A stretch of DNA of 47,215 nucleotides from NCBI GenBank assembly GCA_046759445.1, contig JBHICG010000022.1:1-47215 (forward strand), written 5' to 3'. Positions within the stretch are counted from its first letter, which is position 1, and every line of letters begins with the position of its first letter. Position numbers and translations under genes: made by a program. This document shows, piece after piece, positions 17,038 to 27,579 of this stretch. Source of the stretch: Candidatus Scalinduaceae bacterium. Lineage in GTDB: Bacteria > Planctomycetota > Brocadiia > Brocadiales > Scalinduaceae. The notes below the pieces were generated by a model. The model was given only the letters and a program-made list of their open reading frames with translations. It searched no databases and was not told the DNA's origin.

Positions 17038-18942
17038 ATGCTAAAATCCAAGGTTAGTCTTTTTACGAAGCATGATATATATCTCTTAAAAGAAGGTAGT
17101 CATCATAAACTATACGAAAAACTAGGTTCTCACATTATGACGATTGATGGAAAAGAAGGTGTTTGTTTTGCCGTATGGGCGCCTGGCGCTGAAAAGGTCT
17201 CGGTTGTCGGAGATTTTAATGGATGGAACCGAGAATCTCATCCACTAAAAGTTAGGGCTGATGAATCCGGTGTGTGGGAGGGATTTATTACAGGTATTAA
17301 GAAGGGAGACATTTATAAATATCACATACACTCCAGACACAATGACTACAGGGTTGACAAGGGTGATCCATTTGCATTTTATGAGGAACTACCTCCCAAA
17401 ACTGCTTCTAAAGTATGGGACATGAATTACGAGTGGAAAGATAATAAGTGGATGGAAAACAGACATAAATATAACTCCCTTAATGCTCCTTTTTCTGTTT
17501 ATGAAGTTCATCTTGGTTCGTGGAGAAGATGTCCTGAAGAGGGGGATAGGTATCTTACTTATAGAGAAACAGCCCATTATCTTGCAGATTACGTAAAAGA
17601 GATGGGATTTACACATGTAGAATTGTTGCCGATTATGGAACATCCGTTTTATGGCTCCTGGGGGTATCAGACAGTGGGGTACTTTGCGCCTACTAGCAGG
17701 TATGGAACTCCTCAGGATTTTATGTATTTGGTTGATTATCTCCATCAAAATGGGACAGGCATTATACTTGACTGGGTGCCCTCACACTTCCCGTCTGATG
17801 AACATGGGCTTGCTTTTTTTGATGGCACATACCTTTACGAACATGCGGATCCCAAGAAGGGGTTTCATCCTGAATGGAACAGCTATATCTTTAACTATGG
17901 CAGAAATGAGGTACGGGCCTTTCTTCTCAGCAGCGCCCTTTTCTGGTTTGATAAATACCATATTGATGGTATCAGGGTGGATGCAGTGGCATCTATGCTT
18001 TATCTTGATTACGCAAGAAAAGATGGTGAGTGGATACCCAACAAATATGGGGGAAAAGAGGATATAGATGCAATAGCATTCTTACAAAAACTAAATGAAT
18101 CTGTTTATAGTGCGCATCCTGATGTTCAGACCATAGCTGAAGAGTCGACTGCATGGCCCATGGTATCAAGACCAACACATGTCGGGGGTCTTGGTTTTGG
18201 TATGAAATGGAATATGGGATGGATGCACGACACATTGAAATACTTTTCAAAAGACCCCATTTGCAGGAAGTATCATCATAATCAACTTACCTTCAGCATA
18301 TGGTATGCATTTTCAGAAAATTTTGTTCTCCCTCTCTCTCATGATGAAGTGGTTCATGGAAAAGGCGCTCTTATCGGGAAGATGCCTGGAGACGAGTGGC
18401 AGAGATCGGCAAACCTCAGACTATTATTTGGATATATGTATGGCCATCCTGGCAAGAAATTCTTGTTCATGGGAGGGGAGTTCGGCCAGTGGAAAGAGTG
18501 GAATCATGACGAGAGTCTTGAATGGCATGTTCTTCAATATCCTTCTCATCAGGGAGTTCAGAAATGGGTCAAGGACTTAAACCACTTTTATAAAACTGAA
18601 CCGGCAATGTATGAGCTGGATTTCTCTATTGACGGCTTTGAGTGGATAGACTTTCACGATTGGGAGCAGAGCATCATAAGCTTTATAAGAAAGGGTAAGA
18701 ATACAGACGAAATAGTTCTTATTGTGTGTAACGTAACTCCTGTTTTAAGATACAACTATAGCGTTGGAGTACCACGGGGAGGCTTTTGGAGAGAGGTCTT
18801 AAACAGCGATGCAGAGATATACGGAGGAAGCGGTTGTGGAAATTATGGAGGTGTTGAAGCCACTTCAATACCAGCGCAAGGAAGACACTACTCCCTTTAT
18901 TTGACTTTACCTCCATTGGGTATTTTATTCTTCAAAGGTTAG
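17038..18942 (+). CDS. glgB: 1,4-alpha-glucan branching enzyme (GH13_9)
   Basis: [52 protein letters not shown]. Confidence 0.97.
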   Translation: MLKSKVSLFTKHDIYLLKEGSHHKLYEKLGSHIMTIDGKEGVCFAVWAPGAEKVSVVGDFNGWNRESHPLKVRADESGVWEGFITGIKKGDIYKYHIHSRHNDYRVDKGDPFAFYEELPPKTASKVWDMNYEWKDNKWMENRHKYNSLNAPFSVYEVHLGSWRRCPEEGDRYLTYRETAHYLADYVKEMGFTHVELLPIMEHPFYGSWGYQTVGYFAPTSRYGTPQDFMYLVDYLHQNGTGIILDWVPSHFPSDEHGLAFFDGTYLYEHADPKKGFHPEWNSYIFNYGRNEVRAFLLSSALFWFDKYHIDGIRVDAVASMLYLDYARKDGEWIPNKYGGKEDIDAIAFLQKLNESVYSAHPDVQTIAEESTAWPMVSRPTHVGGLGFGMKWNMGWMHDTLKYFSKDPICRKYHHNQLTFSIWYAFSENFVLPLSHDEVVHGKGALIGKMPGDEWQRSANLRLLFGYMYGHPGKKFLFMGGEFGQWKEWNHDESLEWHVLQYPSHQGVQKWVKDLNHFYKTEPAMYELDFSIDGFEWIDFHDWEQSIISFIRKGKNTDEIVLIVCNVTPVLRYNYSVGVPRGGFWREVLNSDAEIYGGSGCGNYGGVEATSIPAQGRHYSLYLTLPPLGILFFKG

Positions 18943-18945
18943 GAT

Positions 18946-21375
18946 ATGGATAAATATGTTTGTATTCATGGACACTTTTACCAGCCACCAAGAGAAAATC
19001 CCTGGCTTGAAGAAGTTGAATTTCAAGATTCGGCTTACCCATATCATGATTGGAATGAGAGAATAACCGCAGAATGTTATGCTCCAAATGCAGCTTCCCG
19101 TATCCTTGATACAAAGGAAAGGATTATTGAAATAACTAATACCTATACTCAGATTAGCTTTGACTTTGGACCCACTCTTCTATCATGGCTGGAAAGGCAA
19201 AAGCCAGATGTCTATCAGGCAATTCTTGAAGCAGACAGATTAAGTATGGAGAGGTTTTCTGGACATGGTTCTGCCATAGCTCAGGCATATAATCATATGA
19301 TAATGCCCCTTGCAAACAGGAGGGACAAACACACTCAGGCGATATGGGGAATAAAGGACTTTCAGAAGAGGTTCAATAGGTTTCCAGAGGGGATGTGGCT
19401 CCCGGAAACTGCCGTGGATATAGAGACTCTTGAAGTGCTGGCAAATCTTGGAATAAAGTTTACGATCCTTTCGCCGAGGCAGGTAAAAAGAATAAGTAAA
19501 ATAGGAGAAGATGGAAATTGGCATGATTTAAGCGAAGAAAAAATTGATCCCACTATGGCTTATCTTTGTATATTACCATCTGGACGGACCATAAACCTTT
19601 TTTTCTATGATGGACCTATCTCTCATGATGTTTCTTTTGGAGGATTGCTGAATAGTGGAGAAGTCTTTGCTAAAAGATTACTTTCTGCTGCGTTATTTAA
19701 AGAGCATAGAAACTGGTCCCAGATTATTCATATCGTGACTGATGGAGAGACTTTTGGTCATCATCACCGCTATGGCGACATGGCGCTTTCTTACTGTCTG
19801 CTATACATCAAGGCCAACAATCTTGCAAAGATAACCAACTACGGTGAGTATCTTGAGAAACACCCACCAACTTATGTAGTTGAAATCTTCGAAAACTCAT
19901 CCTGGAGTTGTGTCCATGGGGTGGAAAGGTGGAAGGATGATTGTGGATGTGACTCAGGGATGCATCCTGAGTGGAACCAATCCTGGAGAAGACCTTTAAG
20001 GAAGGCTATGGATGCACTGAGAGATAGACTTATCCTTCTCTTCGAGAGTGAAGCATCAAGATATCTTAATGAGCCATGGAATGCGAGAAACGACTATATT
20101 GAAGTTATACTTGACAGGTCACGTGAGAATGTAAAGGACTTTTTGAGTAGACATGCTATCAAAGAACTCTCAAAGGAAGAAAAGATAAGGATTTTGAAAC
20201 TCCTAGAGTTGCAGCGAAATGTCATGTTGATGTATACGAGTTGTGGATGGTTCTTTGATGATGTTTCAGGCATCGAGACCGTTCAAGTAATGCAGTATGC
20301 ATCAAAAGCCATACAACACGTAGAAGAGTTACAGGGTTTGTCTCTTGATTCAGAATATTTGAAGTATTTGGAAAAGGCGCCAAGTAATATATTTGAAAAC
20401 GCTGCGAAAGTTTATGAGATGTTCGTAAGGCCTGCTAGGAGTGATCTCCTGAGAGTAGGGGCTCACTATAGCATATCCTCTATCTTTGAGGAATATCCTG
20501 AAAACATAAAAATATTTTGTTATGCTACCAAGTGTGATGTATATAACAGGATAGAGGCAGGGAATCTAAAACTTGCTATAGGAAAGGCAAAGATTATCTC
20601 TGATATAACATGGGAAGAAAAAACAATTATATTTGCAGTACTTTATCTTGGAGATCATAATATAAATGGAGGCGTTAAAGAGTTTGCTGGAGATGAAGAC
20701 TTTTCTACAATGCAAGATGAAATAAAAGAGGTATTTGAAAAAGGTGATGTTCCTGAAGTGATAAGAATTATGGATGTGCGCTTTGGAAGCAACATCTATT
20801 CTGTTTGGCATCTCTTTAAAGATGAACAAAGAAAGGTTTTAGATCTGATACTTAAATCAAGATATGAAGATATTGAAACCACTTACCGTAAGATATACGA
20901 GGACAACTATACTATAATGAAGTATTTCCATAGTTTGCATATTCCAATACCAAGGCCTTTTTCTGCTTCGGCCGAATATATACTGAATACAGACCTGAAA
21001 CAAATTTTCGAAGAAGAGGATTTAGATATTAAAAAACTTAAGAAATTGATAGATGAAGCTAAAAGATGGTCTATTAAGATTGATACAACTATGATTGGAT
21101 TTGTCGCAAGTTCATGGTTAAACTTACTAATGGAAAGGCTGTATGAACAGCCGGAAGATTTAAAGATCTTTGAAAAGATTGACAACACATTAAAGATTTT
21201 AAGTCCACTATCTCTATCAATGGATTTCTGGAAACCCCAGAATGTACATTTCTTAATTGGAAAAAAGTTTTATACTTTGATGAAGGAAAAGGCGGCAAAA
21301 GGATATGTTTTTGCTGAAAGATGGGTGGAGGTTTTTCATAAATTAGGTTACTACCTGAACATAAAAGTTTCATGA
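18946..21375 (+). CDS. GH57 glycoside hydrolase with DUF3536
   Basis: HGHFYQPPRENPW, WLPETA, TDGETFGHH, SWSC.HGVERW, MYTSCGWFFD. Confidence 0.93.
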   Translation: MDKYVCIHGHFYQPPRENPWLEEVEFQDSAYPYHDWNERITAECYAPNAASRILDTKERIIEITNTYTQISFDFGPTLLSWLERQKPDVYQAILEADRLSMERFSGHGSAIAQAYNHMIMPLANRRDKHTQAIWGIKDFQKRFNRFPEGMWLPETAVDIETLEVLANLGIKFTILSPRQVKRISKIGEDGNWHDLSEEKIDPTMAYLCILPSGRTINLFFYDGPISHDVSFGGLLNSGEVFAKRLLSAALFKEHRNWSQIIHIVTDGETFGHHHRYGDMALSYCLLYIKANNLAKITNYGEYLEKHPPTYVVEIFENSSWSCVHGVERWKDDCGCDSGMHPEWNQSWRRPLRKAMDALRDRLILLFESEASRYLNEPWNARNDYIEVILDRSRENVKDFLSRHAIKELSKEEKIRILKLLELQRNVMLMYTSCGWFFDDVSGIETVQVMQYASKAIQHVEELQGLSLDSEYLKYLEKAPSNIFENAAKVYEMFVRPARSDLLRVGAHYSISSIFEEYPENIKIFCYATKCDVYNRIEAGNLKLAIGKAKIISDITWEEKTIIFAVLYLGDHNINGGVKEFAGDEDFSTMQDEIKEVFEKGDVPEVIRIMDVRFGSNIYSVWHLFKDEQRKVLDLILKSRYEDIETTYRKIYEDNYTIMKYFHSLHIPIPRPFSASAEYILNTDLKQIFEEEDLDIKKLKKLIDEAKRWSIKIDTTMIGFVASSWLNLLMERLYEQPEDLKIFEKIDNTLKILSPLSLSMDFWKPQNVHFLIGKKFYTLMKEKAAKGYVFAERWVEVFHKLGYYLNIKVS

Positions 21376-21394
21376 AAATTGATAAGGAAAAAAT

Positions 21395-22894
21395 GTGGAA
21401 CGAAGAGGAAGCGGAATACTCCTTCATATAACATCACTACCTTCATCATATGGTATAGGTGATTTGGGGCCAGGTGCTTACAGATTTGCCAATTTTCTCA
21501 CGGAAGCAGACCAAATCTACTGGCAGATTCTTCCCTTAAACCGTACATGCACTGCCTATGGTAACTCTCCTTACAGTAGCTTTTCAGCCTTTGCCGGGAA
21601 TCCTCTCCTAATTAGTCCTGAGCTAATGGTGGAAGATGGCTTACTTTTGGAATCAGATATTGAGGAACACCCTAAATTTCCAAAGCAGAGAGTTAATTAT
21701 AAAGCCGTTACTAAATATAAAGAAAAAATACTTGGTGTAGCTTTTGAAAGAAACAGGGAGAAGTTAACCGTAAATTACGAATTTGAGAAATTTTGTAGAG
21801 ATAATTCCTATTGGCTTGATGATTACGGCTTATTTCTTTCCATAAAGAGTCACTTTAATAACGTTGACTGGGGTAAGTGGCCAGAAGATTTAAGGGATAG
21901 AAAGAAAGATGCTATAAAAGAATGGGAAGAAAGATTAAGTGAGATGGTATTAATGGAGAAATTTTTCCAGTATATATTTTTCAAACAATGGTACTCACTT
22001 AAGAATTATTGTAACAGTAAAAATTTGCAAGTGATTGGTGATGTTCCAATTTATGTAAATTATGATAGTTCGGATGTGTGGGTGAATCCTGAAGTGTTTA
22101 AATTAGATGAAGAAAAAAACCCAGAATTTATTACAGGGGTGCCTCCTGATTATTTCAGCGCTACTGGTCAGTTGTGGGGACATCCAGTTTACGATTGGAA
22201 TTTTCTTAAGGAAACTCAATATTTATGGTGGATAATGCGTATAGAACACAATCTTAGACTCTTTGACATGTTTAGGCTTGATCATTTCAGGGGGTTTATT
22301 GGTTACTGGAAGATCCCAACAAATAAAAAGACAGCCATAAATGGAAAGTGGGAAAAGTCACCTGCTAAAGACTTCTTCAACACACTCTTTAAGCACTTTC
22401 CTCATCTTCCCATTATTGCTGAAGACCTGGGAGTTATTACTCCGGATGTAAGAGAAATTATGAATCTATTTGGATTTCCAGGTATGAGGGTGTTACTTTT
22501 TGCATTTGGAGAAGATCTCCCAACTAATCCATATGCACCACATAACCATATAAAAAACTGTGTGGTATACACAGGAACACATGATAATAATACGATTAAG
22601 GGTTGGTTTAAAAAGGAGATAGGCCAGGAAGTTAGAAAGAGGCTTGTTGAATACATAGGTAGAGAAGTGACAGGGAGAAAGATTCACCATGAACTTATAA
22701 GACTTGCTATGATGTCTGTTGCAAATATGGTAATCATACCGATGCAGGATGTTCTTGGTCTTGGAGAAAAGGCTAGAATGAATATACCGGCAAGTTCCAG
22801 GGGAAATTGGGAGTGGAGGGTATCACAAGATCAACTATCATCCACCATAACACAAGGACTTTTTGAGATAACAAGGGTTTACGGAAGGGCATAA
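21395..22894 (+). CDS. malQ: 4-alpha-glucanotransferase (GH77)
   Basis: GILLHITSLP, WQILPL, SPYS, GVPPDYFS.TGQLWG, RLDHFRG, IAEDLG, YTGTHDN. Confidence 0.97.
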   Translation: MERRGSGILLHITSLPSSYGIGDLGPGAYRFANFLTEADQIYWQILPLNRTCTAYGNSPYSSFSAFAGNPLLISPELMVEDGLLLESDIEEHPKFPKQRVNYKAVTKYKEKILGVAFERNREKLTVNYEFEKFCRDNSYWLDDYGLFLSIKSHFNNVDWGKWPEDLRDRKKDAIKEWEERLSEMVLMEKFFQYIFFKQWYSLKNYCNSKNLQVIGDVPIYVNYDSSDVWVNPEVFKLDEEKNPEFITGVPPDYFSATGQLWGHPVYDWNFLKETQYLWWIMRIEHNLRLFDMFRLDHFRGFIGYWKIPTNKKTAINGKWEKSPAKDFFNTLFKHFPHLPIIAEDLGVITPDVREIMNLFGFPGMRVLLFAFGEDLPTNPYAPHNHIKNCVVYTGTHDNNTIKGWFKKEIGQEVRKRLVEYIGREVTGRKIHHELIRLAMMSVANMVIIPMQDVLGLGEKARMNIPASSRGNWEWRVSQDQLSSTITQGLFEITRVYGRA

Positions 22895-23592
22895 GAGTGT
22901 CATACAGATACTAATTAGTACATGTAGTAGATTTCTATTATTCTACGTATTATTTTTCTTCTCACACATAGTTTTGTAAAGGTCGCATCTTATTTTTTCT
23001 TGCCCTTAGGCAAGGTGTCACGGCAAAATTCTACTCCTTTATAAAAGATTGTATAATTTGTTATAAGGATAAAATACTAATACCTTTTCTAAGAATGTTT
23101 TGCTCACTCCTTTTGCTCGTTATTTTTAAACAATCATAGGTATTCTTAAGTACTCTATCAATCCAGGAAATCATCTCTTTTTTTATCTCAAGTGCATATA
23201 AAACAGCTTCTCTTCAGTATAAAAATTCAAGATAATAACTTCTTAAATATGCAGCACATCTGAATTATAAATAGGAAAAAATTTCCAACACATATTGGCA
23301 TAAAAGTAAAAGTATTTCCTAAACACATACTGACAACATACGGTAAAGTAAGAAGTTACAAAATATTACCAAAAACTATATTAAGTGGTTTTATATTCAA
23401 ACAGTTACAACTAAGGTTTTAGGGGCTTAATCCGATAATATCATATGGAATCACACTATTATTTTTCCTTGTGAATGAGGAAATGTAAAACCTATACAGA
23501 TTATAGGATATATTTAAATTAGAATATTAAAAACTAAAATCGAAATAAATTCATTAGTTAGAATTTATTTACTTTAGAAAGGATGAATAAGG

Positions 23593-24906
23593 ATGAAGAG
23601 AGTTCTCTTTGTCGATGATGACAAGAATGCACTCCAGGGGTTTAAGAGAATGTTACGCCCGATGCGTTACGAATGGGAAATGGAATATGCAATGAGTGGT
23701 GAAGATGCCCTGAATTTTATGTCACAAGTTTCTTATGATGCTGTTGTATCCAATATGCGTATGTCTAGAATGAATGGTATAGAATTACTTAGTATCGTTA
23801 TGGAACACTATCCTGAGACCGTCCGTATTATCCTTTCAGAGAATTCAGACAGAGAGATGGTGATGAAGGCTATTAAGTGTACGCATCAGTTTTTAATAAA
23901 ACCATGTGATGCAGAGACAATGAAGTACACAATTGAACGTGCGTGTAAACTGAGAGATTTGTTAAGAAACGAAGCATTGAAAAAGATGGTTACAGGAATT
24001 AGAGATTTGCCAAGTCTCCCGAGATTATATAATAAGATTATTAGAGAAATGCAGTCTTCTGATCCTTCTCTTAAAAAGGCAGCCAGGATTATTGCTCAGG
24101 ATATTTCTATGTCTGCCAAGATCTTACAGCTTGTTAATTCAGCTTATTTTGGCCTACCGCAAAAAATTATAAATCCAGAGCAGGCATCAATTTATCTAGG
24201 CACAGAAACGTTGAAGGCGCTTGTACTTTGTGTTCATGTGTTTTCTTCATTTACAGAAGAGGCGGAATTGTCCGGGTTTTCAATGGCTGATATGTGGAAG
24301 CACAGTCTGCTGGTGGGAAGACTTGCCAAGGATATTGCTAGTTCTGAAATGGTAGATAAAGATGAGGCAGAGGAGGCGTTGATAGCCGGTATATTACATG
24401 ATATAGGAAAGCTGATTTTGCTGAAAGTTCCTGAACAACGCAGAAAAGTAAATGAATTTATTGAATGGACTGGGTGTGATCTTGTAGAAGCTGAATACGC
24501 TTTTATTGAAACATCTCATGCAGAAACGGGGGCATATCTGTTAGGGCTATGGGGGCTTAATGATAACATAGTTGAGGCAGTTGCCTTTCATCACAATCCA
24601 TCAAATTTGCTGGAGAATATATTTATCGACTTAAACAAACCATCAAATCAAGTTGTAGGTAAAACAAATCCAAAATATGGTGATTTGGAGTTGCGATCGG
24701 CTAAAAAATATTTAAAAGGATTTACTACATTGACGGCCGTACATATTGCGAATTCGCTGATGATGCAAAAAGATTGTTCTTCAGATATAACTGATTATTC
24801 ATACGTTGATATGTTGTATTTGAGAACACTTAATATGGAAGATAGACTACCTGAGTGGGCAGAATATTATAAAAGACTAGTGCAAGAAGATGTTCAAGAA
24901 GAATGA
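23593..24906 (+). CDS. Receiver-HDOD domain protein with atypical receiver
   Basis: VLFVDDD..VSNMRM..KP; LPSLP, KILQLVNSAYFG, WKHS, GILHDIGKL, HAETGAYLLGLW, FHHNP. Confidence 0.92.
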   Translation: MKRVLFVDDDKNALQGFKRMLRPMRYEWEMEYAMSGEDALNFMSQVSYDAVVSNMRMSRMNGIELLSIVMEHYPETVRIILSENSDREMVMKAIKCTHQFLIKPCDAETMKYTIERACKLRDLLRNEALKKMVTGIRDLPSLPRLYNKIIREMQSSDPSLKKAARIIAQDISMSAKILQLVNSAYFGLPQKIINPEQASIYLGTETLKALVLCVHVFSSFTEEAELSGFSMADMWKHSLLVGRLAKDIASSEMVDKDEAEEALIAGILHDIGKLILLKVPEQRRKVNEFIEWTGCDLVEAEYAFIETSHAETGAYLLGLWGLNDNIVEAVAFHHNPSNLLENIFIDLNKPSNQVVGKTNPKYGDLELRSAKKYLKGFTTLTAVHIANSLMMQKDCSSDITDYSYVDMLYLRTLNMEDRLPEWAEYYKRLVQEDVQEE

Positions 24907-24972
24907 GAAGAATGAGAAGAATGAGAAGAATGATAAGAATGAGAAGAATGATAAGAAAGAGAAGAAAGATAG
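24901..24972 (+). repeat. 9-bp tandem repeat GAAWGAKAR x8
   Basis: GAATGAGAA x3, GAATGATAA, GAATGAGAA, GAATGATAA, GAAAGAGAA, GAAAGATAG. Confidence 0.9.
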
Positions 24973-25132
24973 CTATTAACATTACATAGAAATACTTGAT
25001 ATTGTGCATTACCATTCTTGCTAGAGTATAGACTTTTGTGAAACCGTCTGCTGCTATGTTTTGCTTATTTCATCTGTGATCATTTAGTGTTAATACTAAA
25101 ACAATCTATTAAAAAGACGTCATAAAGTAATT

Positions 25133-27082
25133 ATGTTTAAAATCCGAGATAAAATATTGGTAACATTTCTTTCAGTAGTAATTATACCATTGATTATTAC
25201 AGGAACCTTCTTCGGTATCTTTACAACAAAATATCTAGGACAAGACAAAATAGTAGATTTTCAGAAATCCACAAAACACAAAGCAGATAAGTCAATTCAT
25301 TTTATGCGTTCTATAGAGAATGATATTATTTCTCTAAGTAATAATGTGTTTCTCTTAAATCTAATTGAGGCCACAAAAAATAAGAATTCAAAACAAATAA
25401 AGCGTTATAAATATGAGGTAGAAATGCTTTTTAAGACGTTTTCTGAAAGTAGAGTGATTTACGACAGTATGAGTTATATCAATGAATCTGGTCATGAAAT
25501 AGTAAGAACGAAATTGGAGAAAGAACATGCTTATATTATACCACCCGAACGACTGCAGGACAAAAACCTCATGTCCTATTTTAAAGGGGCGCTAGGAATG
25601 AAGAAGGGTGATGTGTATGTTTCAAAACTTGATTTGAACAGTGAAGATAGTGAGATAGTAGAGGGCCATAAGCCTATTTTAAGATATGCTACTCCAGTGT
25701 TTGACAAAGAAAAACAAAATAGGGGTATTATTGTCCTAAACATAAAGACTGATTTTATTCTTAAAAATATATTAGCATATGAATATCTTAGAGGAGCTGA
25801 TTCCTATCTATTGGATAAAGAGGGTTATTATTTTCTATACCCTGATACAACAAGACATTGGAGCGGTTGGAGTAGTCTTGATACTGGGAAAAATCTAAAG
25901 GATGATTTCCCCCCCCAAATATCCTCTATTTTTTTATCAGGGCAATCTGGAACGATTTTGGTAGATAAGCATTTTTTTAGTTTCACACCGATTCGGTTTG
26001 ATCCACTAGACAACGAAAGATATTGGATATTATTAGAAAGTCTTCAAAAGTCGGTTGTATATTCCCCAATTTACACCTTTTATCTTGTGCTGGGTGTGTT
26101 GGCTTTATTAATAATTACGGGAATTGTAGTTTCTGCGTTTGTCTTCTCCAGGAAATTAACGAATCCTTTAAATAAATTAGTTAAAGGTGTTACAACCATT
26201 GCGGAAATAGATTCCGATGATTTAGATTATCATATAAACGTTACATCGAATGATGAGATTGCGTTTCTGACATTTTCATTTAATAAGATGATATACAAAT
26301 TAGGAATGGCAAAGAAACGTTTGCGAGATTATGCAAATAATCTGGAGAAGAAGGTTAAAGGCAAGACAAAAGAAGTTCACGAAAAGGCAAAGGAATTAGA
26401 AAAAGTAAATAACGAGTTGAAAGAATTTATTTATATCGTTTCTCATGATTTAAAAGAGCCTTTGTTCGCAATCGAGGGTTTTACGACAAGATTGTCAAAG
26501 ATTTATGGGAATGTGTTTGATGAAAAAGGGAAGCGTTATATAGACAGGCTAAAAGCAAATATAGATAAAATGTCTCTAAAAATTAATGAGATTATGGAAG
26601 TGATGAGAGTTGGAAGGGTTATATATGATTTTAGAAATAATGACAGTGGGGTTATTATTGAGGACGTCGTGAGAACGTTAGAAAGTAAGATAAAGGATAG
26701 AAATATTAATCTCTCTATTCAGAAAAAACTACCTACTGTATATTGCGATGATGAAAGGATGAAGGATGTATTTCTAAATTTGCTTACAAATGCAGTAAAA
26801 TTTATGGATAATGATAATCAAAATTTCATTAAGGTTGGATGTGACAGGAATAATGGATATTATAAGTTTTTTGTTGAGGATACTGGCATTGGTATTCAAG
26901 CAGAATACCAGAAGCAGATTTTTAAGATATTCAGGAGACTTATGGACGTGGAGGCAGAGGGAACTGGTGTTGGTCTTGCGATAGCCAAAAAGATTGTCGA
27001 GTTACACAAAGGAAAGATATGGGTAGAAAGCCCTGTTAAAGAGGGGAGAGGTTCAAGATTTTGTTTTACAATCCCAACTTAA
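25133..27082 (+). CDS. Membrane sensor histidine kinase (dCache-HAMP-HisKA-HATPase)
   Basis: Two TMs, LRYATPVFD, HAMP, VSHDLKEPL, NLLTNAVKF, DTGIGI, GTGVGL. Confidence 0.93.
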   Translation: MFKIRDKILVTFLSVVIIPLIITGTFFGIFTTKYLGQDKIVDFQKSTKHKADKSIHFMRSIENDIISLSNNVFLLNLIEATKNKNSKQIKRYKYEVEMLFKTFSESRVIYDSMSYINESGHEIVRTKLEKEHAYIIPPERLQDKNLMSYFKGALGMKKGDVYVSKLDLNSEDSEIVEGHKPILRYATPVFDKEKQNRGIIVLNIKTDFILKNILAYEYLRGADSYLLDKEGYYFLYPDTTRHWSGWSSLDTGKNLKDDFPPQISSIFLSGQSGTILVDKHFFSFTPIRFDPLDNERYWILLESLQKSVVYSPIYTFYLVLGVLALLIITGIVVSAFVFSRKLTNPLNKLVKGVTTIAEIDSDDLDYHINVTSNDEIAFLTFSFNKMIYKLGMAKKRLRDYANNLEKKVKGKTKEVHEKAKELEKVNNELKEFIYIVSHDLKEPLFAIEGFTTRLSKIYGNVFDEKGKRYIDRLKANIDKMSLKINEIMEVMRVGRVIYDFRNNDSGVIIEDVVRTLESKIKDRNINLSIQKKLPTVYCDDERMKDVFLNLLTNAVKFMDNDNQNFIKVGCDRNNGYYKFFVEDTGIGIQAEYQKQIFKIFRRLMDVEAEGTGVGLAIAKKIVELHKGKIWVESPVKEGRGSRFCFTIPT

Positions 27083-27103
27083 ATAAATGTAAGGAGTGAA
27101 CGT

Positions 27104-27544
27104 TTGAAAGAGGCAAAGATTATACTTGTTGAAGATGATCCGGATCATGCAGAGTTAATTATTGATATACTTGAAACAGAAGACATTGATAGTGAAGTTG
27201 TCTTAATTAAGGATGGTCAACAAGCCCTTAATTACCTGCAGAATACAGACATTGATGAAGAGCATGGATTGAAATCTCAAGTTGGTTTGATTGTATTGGA
27301 TCTTAATCTACCTAAAGTCAATGGGATGGAAGTCCTTAAGTTTATTAAAAAGAATTCTGCGTATTGCTCAACGCCTGTAGTGATTTTGTCAACAAGTTCT
27401 GATGAAACAACGATTGCTGACGCATATAAGAATGGAGCTAACGATTATATTACGAAACCTATTTCTTATGATGAATTTGTAGAGAAGGTAAAATTATTGA
27501 GGGAACAGTGGTTGATTTCAAATGAATTGCTGCGCAAAGATTGA
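27104..27544 (+). CDS. Single-domain response regulator (Rcp1-like)
   Basis: AAGGAG RBS with TTG start; ILVEDDPD, LDLNLPK, LSTS, GANDYITKP. Confidence 0.92.
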   Translation: MKEAKIILVEDDPDHAELIIDILETEDIDSEVVLIKDGQQALNYLQNTDIDEEHGLKSQVGLIVLDLNLPKVNGMEVLKFIKKNSAYCSTPVVILSTSSDETTIADAYKNGANDYITKPISYDEFVEKVKLLREQWLISNELLRKD

Positions 27545-27579
27545 AGCTTCTACGTGATGCGCAATACGGGAGTATTTTG

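Noticed and set aside
23100..23260. Protein-like minus-strand reading (CAAYLRSYYLEFLY*REAVLYALEIKKEMISWIDRV)
   Set aside because: It has an internal stop, no start and no recognisable family, so a pseudogene call is unsupported.
24830..25015. 61-aa Leu/Ile-rich minus-strand ORF
   Set aside because: It is the antisense translation of the 9-bp tandem repeat.
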